This document shows, piece by piece, positions 11,785 through 19,443 of a stretch of DNA of 64,000 nt; within the stretch, counting starts at the first letter, position 1, and every line of letters starts with the position of its first letter. Location of the stretch: the NCBI GenBank assembly GCA_039586365.1, contig JBDHKN010000006.1, forward strand, positions 1 through 64,000, written 5' to 3'. The translations under genes and the position numbers were made by a program. Below the pieces are notes generated by a model that had not been told where the DNA came from, did no database searches, and worked only from the letters and a program-made list of their open reading frames with translations. Origin of the DNA: Gemmatimonadota bacterium (GTDB lineage Bacteria > Gemmatimonadota > Gemmatimonadetes > Gemmatimonadales > GWC2-71-9).

Positions 11785-11877
11785 GTGTACGAGCTCGGTT
11801 GGAGATCGGATGGGTTTCTTATGGGTCCCGGCGACGACGCGAGGTGCCGTTCCTGAGCGATCTTCTGGTGGTTTCGC

Positions 11878-12669
11878 CTAGCGTGTCAGGACCTCCAGCA
11901 ACCACCGGTGGATCTCCGGGTTCCCCGCCACGATAGGACCCTGGTGCACGACGTCCCAACCTCCGTCAGTGTCTGTCACCACTCCCCCGGCCTCCCGGAC
12001 CAGTAGCGTTCCTGCTGCCACGTCCCAAGGTGCCAACGACAACTCCCAGAACCCGTCGAAACGGCCCGAGCTAACGTCTACAAGATCAAGCGCGGCGGAT
12101 CCTGCGCGCCGGATTCCGCTAGTACTGCACAGTATGTTGGCGAGATTTCTTAGATACTGCGGTAGCTGGTCCAACGCCTTGAATGGGAAACCGGTGCCGA
12201 TCAAAGACAGAGCCGGATCGGACGTGTCTGACACCTCCAGTCGGCGTTCACCGGACCAGGCACCCCCGCCTGCTGTGGCGTGATACACCATGTTGCGGGA
12301 GACATCGACCACGACGCCGACAATAAGTCTGCCGTCTACCATCGCAGCGATGCTTACCGCATATGTTGGATATCCGTGCAGGAAGTTGGTAGTGCCGTCG
12401 AGAGGGTCCACGATCCACAACAGCCCACCCTCCTCACCGAGGCCGCCAGGTGTGAGTTCTTCACCCATTACTGCAGAGTCTGGAACCTCCCTGAGCAACA
12501 TCTCCGTAATCAGCTGTTCTGATTCGCGGTCCACCTGCGTGACGAAGTCACTGGTCCCCTTTAGTCCCCAAGTGGCAGGCCGAGGTGGATGCTGTACCGA
12601 CCGGATATATCCTGCCGCTCGCTGGGCTGTGTCCAGCGTCAGGGTCAGTATGTCTGCGTATTTTCCCAA
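11878..12669 (-). CDS. suhB: Inositol monophosphatase family protein (SuhB-like)
   Basis: WIVDPLDGTTNF, RRAGSAALDL, WDVAAG. Confidence 0.88.
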   Translation of the reverse strand: MGKYADILTLTLDTAQRAAGYIRSVQHPPRPATWGLKGTSDFVTQVDRESEQLITEMLLREVPDSAVMGEELTPGGLGEEGGLLWIVDPLDGTTNFLHGYPTYAVSIAAMVDGRLIVGVVVDVSRNMVYHATAGGGAWSGERRLEVSDTSDPALSLIGTGFPFKALDQLPQYLRNLANILCSTSGIRRAGSAALDLVDVSSGRFDGFWELSLAPWDVAAGTLLVREAGGVVTDTDGGWDVVHQGPIVAGNPEIHRWLLEVLTR

Positions 12670-12671
12670 CC

Positions 12672-12700
12672 TTGCGACCCCCTTGGTGTTTCCATAGCTT
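12672..12700 (+). promoter_or_regulatory. Putative sigma70 promoter of trpS (probably leaderless)
   Basis: TTGCGA-N17-TAGCTT, then 6 nt to the ATG; no SD. Confidence 0.45.
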
Positions 12701-12706
12701 GCTCTG

Positions 12707-13705
12707 ATGCGACGAGTATTCTCAGGAATTCAGCCATCTGGCGAACTGCACCTCGGCAACTACCTAGGTGCCGTGCAGAATTGGGTGCGGATGCAACAGG
12801 AGTATGAGTGTGTCTTCTGCATCGTCGATTACCACGCTGTAACCCAAGACTACGATCAAGCCGTCCTAAGCGCCCGCACATTCGATATGGCGGTCAGCCT
12901 CATTGCTGCCGGTATCGACCCTGAGCGCGCAATCCTGTTCGTACAATCACACGTTCCCGAGCACACTGAGCTGGGCTGGGTCTTCACTACGGTGACACCG
13001 ATTGGTGAGCTCGAGCGGATGACCCAATTTAAGGATAAGTCTCGCCGTCACGAAAGTGTGTTGGCCGGACTTCTCAACTATCCTGTACTTCAGGCAGCTG
13101 ACGTGCTGTTGTACAAAGCAGAGTTCGTACCGGTCGGTGACGACCAAGTCCAGCACGTTGAGCTGATGCGCGGGATAGCTCGGAAGTGGAATGCCAGGTA
13201 CGCAGACGGCTACTTCCCAGAGCCACAAGCCGTGATCACGGAAGCGAGGCGGATAATCGGCCTGGACGGACAGGCCAAGATGTCGAAGAGTCTGGACAAT
13301 ACCATCGGTATCATGGAAAGCCCCGACAGCATTTGGAAGCGCCTCAGACCGGCGGTGACCGATCCGGCTCGCGTGAAACGCACGGACCGTGGAACACCGG
13401 AAGTGTGCAATATCTACTCACTGCACCGGTACTTCTCTTCACCAGATGTGGTAACTGAAGTGGCAGACAAGTGCCGGTCCGCCGCCTGGGGGTGCTTGGA
13501 CTGTAAGCAGGCCTTGGCCGAATCTGTGACTGGTGCCTTCGCTGATATGCGGGAGAGAGCAGCGGAGCTGAAGTCGGATCCCGGTAAAGTGCATGAGATT
13601 CTTCGCGCTGGTGCTGATCGGGCGCGTGGAATCGCAGTGCAAACGATGAGCGGCGTGCGTGAGCGGATGGGATTGATGTCTGCTAGGCTCTGGCAGAACG
13701 GGTGA
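12707..13705 (+). CDS. trpS: Tryptophan--tRNA ligase
   Basis: SGIQPSGELHLGNY, YPVLQAAD, VPVGDDQ, KMSKS. Confidence 0.97.
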   Translation: MRRVFSGIQPSGELHLGNYLGAVQNWVRMQQEYECVFCIVDYHAVTQDYDQAVLSARTFDMAVSLIAAGIDPERAILFVQSHVPEHTELGWVFTTVTPIGELERMTQFKDKSRRHESVLAGLLNYPVLQAADVLLYKAEFVPVGDDQVQHVELMRGIARKWNARYADGYFPEPQAVITEARRIIGLDGQAKMSKSLDNTIGIMESPDSIWKRLRPAVTDPARVKRTDRGTPEVCNIYSLHRYFSSPDVVTEVADKCRSAAWGCLDCKQALAESVTGAFADMRERAAELKSDPGKVHEILRAGADRARGIAVQTMSGVRERMGLMSARLWQNG

Positions 13706-13788
13706 GATGGCGGCGCCGCAGAGTACATTTGATCTCAAGGCGGAGCAGGTGGGCGTCCGTACGGCCCCCTCTATTCAACGGCCTTAGG

Positions 13789-14817
13789 GTGAAGCGAGCA
13801 GTCGTAGATCTGTCATCGTCGTTACCGATCTGGTCGATGCCTCCCGATTTGGTTGCCACATTGCGTCGCGCTTTTGGTCTTGGCTGGGAGGTTGTTGAGG
13901 TAGCCGAACGAACTCCGAGTGAGGGTGATGAATCCGGTGCGTCGTTGGAGGTAGGGCACGCTGCTGTCGATGCGGAAGTGTACCTCGGATGGGGTGTCTC
14001 GTTGGAGGTGATCAAACAAGCCGGAGAGAAGCTTCGGTGGGTGCACACTGCTGCTGCTGGAGTCGGCAGCAGCATCACACCTGAGTTGCACTCCAGTCGT
14101 GCCGTCTTCACCAATTCCCGAGGCATACACGCGGCCCCGATCGCTGATTGGGTCGTCGCGGCGATCGGCTTCTGTGTACGCGGCTTTCACGTTGCAGTAG
14201 CAGCTCAAAGAGAGAAGCGGTGGGCTAGGAGTCAGCTGACTCAACTTGACAGCCCGATTCGGGAATTTGCTGATCTCCGAGTTGGTCTCGTAGGATATGG
14301 CGGTATCGGACGCGTGGTCGCCAGGCGTTGTCGGGCGCTGGGCATGACGGTTCGGGCTGTGCGCCGAAGCTCCCGCAAGGCGCGGCCTATGAACCTAGTC
14401 TGGCTAGGGTGTGCGGGTGATCTTCCTGACCTTGCTCGCCGGAGTGACGTTCTAGTGATTGCCGTTCCCCATACGCGGGAAACTGTGAGGCTGATTGACG
14501 AGTCGGTGTTGGCCTTGCTGCCGCGAGGGGCTTACGTTCTCAATGTGGCCCGGGGTGCGGTCCTGGACGAGGAAGCCGTAGTGAGTCACCTTGATAGCGG
14601 GCAGCTGGCAGGCTGTGTGCTGGATGTTTGTGGTGCCGAGCCGTTACCGGAGGATCACGAGTTTTGGTGCAATCCCAAGGTGTTTGTCACACCCCATGTG
14701 AGCGGCGTATCGCACGGGTTCTGGAAGCGGGAGATGGCTCTCATTCTCGAGAATATCGGTCGGCACAAGAAGGGTGACCGCCTCAGGAACTTAGTCGACA
14801 TGGAGTCCGGTTATTGA
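13789..14817 (+). CDS. D-2-hydroxyacid dehydrogenase family protein
   Basis: VGYGGIG Rossmann motif, NVARGAV, LDV...EPL, TPHVSG; start uncertain. Confidence 0.88.
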   Translation: MKRAVVDLSSSLPIWSMPPDLVATLRRAFGLGWEVVEVAERTPSEGDESGASLEVGHAAVDAEVYLGWGVSLEVIKQAGEKLRWVHTAAAGVGSSITPELHSSRAVFTNSRGIHAAPIADWVVAAIGFCVRGFHVAVAAQREKRWARSQLTQLDSPIREFADLRVGLVGYGGIGRVVARRCRALGMTVRAVRRSSRKARPMNLVWLGCAGDLPDLARRSDVLVIAVPHTRETVRLIDESVLALLPRGAYVLNVARGAVLDEEAVVSHLDSGQLAGCVLDVCGAEPLPEDHEFWCNPKVFVTPHVSGVSHGFWKREMALILENIGRHKKGDRLRNLVDMESGY

Positions 14818-14820
14818 TCT

Positions 14821-15888
14821 ATGGAGAGCATAATCAAAGCGGCGGTAGAGCGTGGCGCGTCCGACGTGCATATCAAGGCAGGTGACGTATTCCGCGCGAG
14901 AATTGGAGGTGAACTGAAGCCGCTCACCAAGCAACGGCTCACACCTGAGCAGACCAAGAGTATCGCGCTTCGATTTATCGTTTCGGAGGAAGTCCGCAGC
15001 CGTGTTGACCAGATTCAGGACTACGATTGCTCATGGGGATCTCCTGGGATTGGCCGATTCCGAGTGAACATTCTGCGGCAGCGGTCATCGTTCATGATAG
15101 TAATGCGGGTCATTCCGTTTGAAGTTCCAACCCTGGATAAGCTGCAGCTCCCACGAGTCCTCGAGACGATTGCGGAGTTCGAACGCGGGATCGTCTTAGT
15201 CACTGGACCGACTGGTAGTGGGAAGAGCGCAACTATGGCAGGATTACTCAATCACATCAACACGACTAGTAAGCGGCACATCGTCACTCTGGAGGATCCA
15301 ATAGAGTTCCTACATCGCGATCTCAATAGCTCTGTCACGCAGCGCGAGATTGGAGCTGACACGACCAGTTTCAGCGTCGGGCTCAAGGCTGCGATGAGGC
15401 AAGACTGCAATGTCATAATGATCGATCAGCTGCCAGATCTGCTCACTGTTGACACGGCACTCAAAGTGGGCGAAATGGGTCATCTTCTCATGAGTACCCT
15501 ACCAACGCCGGACGCCACCACCACAATTGCGCGTCTCGTAGCCATGTTCCCGCCTGACGAACAGGAGATTGCGCGACAGAGACTGGCGAATACTCTGATG
15601 GCAGTTGTTTCGCAGCGGCTGCTTCCGCGAGCCGATGGGACCGGGAGGTGTCCCGTGTGTGAAGTGCTCATCTGCACACCAGAAATCAGCGATCTGATCA
15701 GCGACCGGACCCGAGTGGGTGACCTCAAGGGTTTCATTGCAAAGGGGGTCAACGAGAGCGGCATGCAGACTTTCGATCAACACCTGACGGATCTTGTGGA
15801 TGGGAAAGTCATCACTCTGGAGGCGGCCAAGATCGCAGCCAACGATCCCACGGCGTTCGAGGATCGATTGGGTGAAGGTTCAGAGTAG
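14821..15888 (+). CDS. PilT/PilU-family ATPase with degenerate catalytic motifs
   Basis: ASDVHIKAG, RFRVN, GPTGSGKS, TLEDPIEF, SQRL, GMQTFDQ; Walker B and His box altered. Confidence 0.85.
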   Translation: MESIIKAAVERGASDVHIKAGDVFRARIGGELKPLTKQRLTPEQTKSIALRFIVSEEVRSRVDQIQDYDCSWGSPGIGRFRVNILRQRSSFMIVMRVIPFEVPTLDKLQLPRVLETIAEFERGIVLVTGPTGSGKSATMAGLLNHINTTSKRHIVTLEDPIEFLHRDLNSSVTQREIGADTTSFSVGLKAAMRQDCNVIMIDQLPDLLTVDTALKVGEMGHLLMSTLPTPDATTTIARLVAMFPPDEQEIARQRLANTLMAVVSQRLLPRADGTGRCPVCEVLICTPEISDLISDRTRVGDLKGFIAKGVNESGMQTFDQHLTDLVDGKVITLEAAKIAANDPTAFEDRLGEGSE

Positions 15889-15990
15889 CTATCCACAGCA
15901 CGGCACCCGAGGGAAGCCGATTCTACTACCGGTCAGGATGGTTGAGATCCACTGGTACGTGTCCCGTTCCATCTAACCCTAGCTACAGAA

Positions 15991-16896
15991 ATGAATCAAA
16001 GACCTGACAGACCAAATGGACTCCTGGTTCCACTCACGACCCCGTTCGATAGCGCCACAGGGGACATCGCACCAATTCACTTGCGGGATAATGCGCGAGC
16101 GCTGCTGGAGGCTGGTGTAAACGGTCTCGTAGCGTGTGGATCTACTGGGGAAGCGGCTCTGCTCAACGAAGAAGAGTATTGCAGCGTTGTATCCTGGCTT
16201 CGTGACGTGGTTCCAGGTGATAAATGGCTCATAGCTGGGGCAGGTCGTGAAAGCACACGTGCCACTGTCAGCGCCTGTCGCGTTGCCGCCGACGAAGGTG
16301 CCGACGCTGTATTGGTGAGGGCCCCTTCATACTATGCACCTTCGCTAACCGGCGCGGCACTGACTGCTCACTTCGAAAAGGTAGCCGACGAGTCTCCAGT
16401 GCCGGTGCTGCTCTATAACATGCCTAAGTATACGCACATTGCCATGACGGATTCTCTGTTTGCGTCATTGTCCGATCACAGCAATGTCTGGGGAGCTAAG
16501 GATTCCTCAGGGGACATCAAGAACTTCGCTAGCTACCGCGATGCAGTCCCGCACTGGACGCTGCTCATCGGCTCAGGAGCATTGTACTACGCAGCTCTCG
16601 AGATGGGTGGTGCTGGAGCTGTCGCCGCAACTGGATGCTTCGCGGTTGGGCACACTCTTGAGATTGGCGCGGCGTTCGCAGCCGGTGACAGACGCCGGGC
16701 TGGTGCGGCTCAGGAGATCGTGGGACCGCTGCATCGTGAGATTGTTGGGGGGTTCGGAGTGGCTGGTGTGAAGGCTGCAGTGGACTTTGTTGGACTAGCT
16801 GGCGGTGCAGTCAGACCTCCCTTGCGTGATTTGCCAGACAAGGACCGTGACAAGGTGAGAGGCGTCCTACGCCCAGCCGGTCTGGTTTCTGATTAG
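15991..16896 (+). CDS. Dihydrodipicolinate synthase (DapA) family class I aldolase
   Basis: TTPF, GSTGE, LYNMP, Schiff-base Lys in GAKDSSG. Confidence 0.88.
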   Translation: MNQRPDRPNGLLVPLTTPFDSATGDIAPIHLRDNARALLEAGVNGLVACGSTGEAALLNEEEYCSVVSWLRDVVPGDKWLIAGAGRESTRATVSACRVAADEGADAVLVRAPSYYAPSLTGAALTAHFEKVADESPVPVLLYNMPKYTHIAMTDSLFASLSDHSNVWGAKDSSGDIKNFASYRDAVPHWTLLIGSGALYYAALEMGGAGAVAATGCFAVGHTLEIGAAFAAGDRRRAGAAQEIVGPLHREIVGGFGVAGVKAAVDFVGLAGGAVRPPLRDLPDKDRDKVRGVLRPAGLVSD

Positions 16897-16897
16897 T

Positions 16898-18010
16898 GTG
16901 CTGGACGTCGGCTGGGCCGCCCAATTCCTGCAACGGATCGCGGTGCCGCGCCTACCAGGATCGGAATCTCTAAGGGACGTCGAAGCAGCCATCGTCGAGC
17001 GCTTGACTGAATCGGGCTACACGGTTTTCAAAGACAGTTTCATCGCCTCAGCAAGCCCACTCATATCGGCTTCGGTAGCCGGAGCCGGGTTCGGCTGGAC
17101 CGCGCTAATCCTCGTACCGCTGTTGACCTTCGGACCGCCGGGTTGGACCGTGGCGCTCACTGGGATAGGTGCATTCACTCTGGTCTCGCTTTTGGCGGTT
17201 GGACTGTATCGGGGCTGGGTGGAGCTTGGTATGCTCAAGGCCGAGGCCGTCAACATCTGGGCAAAACGTGATCGGCCCGCAGTATGGCTGGTTGCACACT
17301 CTGACAGCAAATCCCAGCAGCTATCGCTAGGTGGGCGGGTATTGGCTGTCACGATACTGTGTGCGGGATTGGCCCTCATGATCGTGGCACTTACCCTCAG
17401 GATATTCACTCCGCTACCATGGTGGTTTGCGTTCCCGGTTGGCGTGGCGACAGCGTTAGGGGGCGGTGCACTATCTCGCGCTACGGTATCGAACGATTCT
17501 CCGGGAGCGGTCGACAATGCCACCGGCGTGTTGGCCGCACTGGTCGCCGCTGATGGCCTGCGAACCCGAGGCGATATTGGTGTGCTGATAACTGGTGCGG
17601 AGGAATTCGGCATGGCGGGAGCCGCTGCATGGACCAGCCAGTACGGTGGAGAAGGGATGTTCGTCAACTTTGACAGCCTCGATTCGCGTGGAAGCTACCG
17701 AGTGACGATCCATCGGGCTCGCGCTCAGGATGAGATGAGTGGCCGGGGCCAAGAGATCGCGAATGCGTTGACCTCACAGCTAACGAGTCTGGGACAAAGG
17801 GTCGTCTGTCGCAGCTTGCCTCCAGGGATACTGGTAGATGGAGTGGCCCTTGCTCGAGCTGGGATGCCGGGAGTATCCCTGAGCCGCGGTGACTGGAACA
17901 CGCTGAGAGTAGTCCATACATCGAGGGACTCGAGCGATCGGGTCGACGTCGCCGCTGCTGTCATGGCGGGTAGGGCGACTGCTGCAGCGCTGGACGGTTG
18001 GCTTGGTTGA
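16898..18010 (+). CDS. M28-family metallopeptidase with TM segments
   Basis: AHSDS, GAVDNATG, GAEEFG, NFD, VHTSRD motifs. Confidence 0.8.
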   Translation: MLDVGWAAQFLQRIAVPRLPGSESLRDVEAAIVERLTESGYTVFKDSFIASASPLISASVAGAGFGWTALILVPLLTFGPPGWTVALTGIGAFTLVSLLAVGLYRGWVELGMLKAEAVNIWAKRDRPAVWLVAHSDSKSQQLSLGGRVLAVTILCAGLALMIVALTLRIFTPLPWWFAFPVGVATALGGGALSRATVSNDSPGAVDNATGVLAALVAADGLRTRGDIGVLITGAEEFGMAGAAAWTSQYGGEGMFVNFDSLDSRGSYRVTIHRARAQDEMSGRGQEIANALTSQLTSLGQRVVCRSLPPGILVDGVALARAGMPGVSLSRGDWNTLRVVHTSRDSSDRVDVAAAVMAGRATAAALDGWLG

Positions 18011-18035
18011 CGGCCCTAGCGGTGAAGCCTAGCTT
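18007..18035 (+). promoter_or_regulatory. Putative sigma70 promoter upstream of purA
   Basis: TTGACG-N17-TAGCTT. Confidence 0.5.
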
Positions 18036-18047
18036 TCTCCGAAGGAT

Positions 18048-18074
18048 ACCCCGGGGGTAGCCCCGGGGTTTTTT
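18048..18074 (+). terminator. Intrinsic terminator-like hairpin
   Basis: ACCCCGGGG-GTAG-CCCCGGGGT followed by a T-run. Confidence 0.75.
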
Positions 18075-18104
18075 GCGCTCTACCCGCGGAAGGTGGGTTG
18101 CACA

Positions 18105-19388
18105 ATGTTTGGTCCTGTTGCCCGCTGCGTTGTCGTTGTGGGGGCTCAATGGGGGGACGAGGGGAAGGGCAAGATCGTCGACATTATGTCTCAACACGCC
18201 GATCTGGTAGTCCGCTATCAGGGAGGGGCCAACGCCGGCCACACTGTGGTGTGTGGCAAGGAACAGTTCATTCTTCACCTGGTTCCTTCCGGGATCCTCC
18301 ATCAGTCGGCCCTCTGTCTCATAGCAAACGGCGTTGTGCTGGATCCGAATACGCTGATGGAAGAACTTGAGGCCCTGGAACAACGAGGGACTGAGGTTGA
18401 GGGGCGCCTGCTGATCTCTGACCGGGCCCACCTGGTGCTTCCCTATCACGTACTGCTGGACCGGGCCCGCGAGAGGACAGGCAATATCGGCACTACTGGG
18501 CGGGGTATCGGGCCTGCGTATGAAGATAAGTATGGGCGGCGCGGTATTCGCGTGGGCGACCTGCGGGACGGAAACCGGCTCCAGGAGTTGGTCAGGAGTA
18601 ACGTCGAGCGTGCCAACCGCCTTTGCGAGATGTTGGATTTCAGCGAACGGGCGGACTTGGCGGATCACGTGCGAATACTCGAACGGGTCAGGCCGAGGCT
18701 CCTACCACTCATAGCGGATACCGGCTTCCTTATACATGAGGCCATAAAGGCGCGGCGGAACGTACTGCTTGAGGGAGCCCAGGGAACGCTGCTAGATGTG
18801 GATCATGGAACCTACCCATTCGTGACCTCATCTAACACGACCGCGGGGGGGGCAGCAACCGGATCGGGCATCGGTCCGACGTCAATCGAAGCCGTAGTGG
18901 GCGTTGTGAAAGCGTACACAACTCGTGTTGGGAACGGGCCACTGCCGACTGAAGCGAAAGATGACGTGGGTAGGCGTTTACGAGAACTGGGGGGGGAGTA
19001 TGGGGCCACCACGGGCAGGCCACGCCGATGCGGCTGGTTCGATGCTGTCGTCGCTTCGTACGCGGCTCGAGTCAACGGTATCACGCAGCTGGCCGTGACG
19101 AAGCTCGATGTACTAGACACCGTCCCCTCGGTCCCGATCTGTGTGGGATATGAGCTGGATGGGGAACGAATGCTCTCTTTCCCGGCTGACATTGCTAGTC
19201 TCGATCGAATCGAGCCAGTATACCAGGAGATGGAAGGCTGGGTGACGTCCACGGGAGATGCACGTCGACCCGATGATCTACCTCGCCAAGCTCGAGCCTA
19301 CCTCGATCGGATTGCTGAGATGATCGGAGCACCTATCGAATACGTCAGCGTCGGGAGCCGTCGCGACCAGGTCATCCAGTTCAATTGA
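18105..19388 (+). CDS. purA: Adenylosuccinate synthetase
   Basis: GAQWGDEGKGK, GGANAGHT, EGAQG, GATTGRPRRCGW. Confidence 0.98.
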   Translation: MFGPVARCVVVVGAQWGDEGKGKIVDIMSQHADLVVRYQGGANAGHTVVCGKEQFILHLVPSGILHQSALCLIANGVVLDPNTLMEELEALEQRGTEVEGRLLISDRAHLVLPYHVLLDRARERTGNIGTTGRGIGPAYEDKYGRRGIRVGDLRDGNRLQELVRSNVERANRLCEMLDFSERADLADHVRILERVRPRLLPLIADTGFLIHEAIKARRNVLLEGAQGTLLDVDHGTYPFVTSSNTTAGGAATGSGIGPTSIEAVVGVVKAYTTRVGNGPLPTEAKDDVGRRLRELGGEYGATTGRPRRCGWFDAVVASYAARVNGITQLAVTKLDVLDTVPSVPICVGYELDGERMLSFPADIASLDRIEPVYQEMEGWVTSTGDARRPDDLPRQARAYLDRIAEMIGAPIEYVSVGSRRDQVIQFN

Positions 19389-19443
19389 AGAGGTTGGAAG
19401 TGAACAGTCGGTCGCAAGTTCTAGAAGTCTGAATGTGAGGTTG

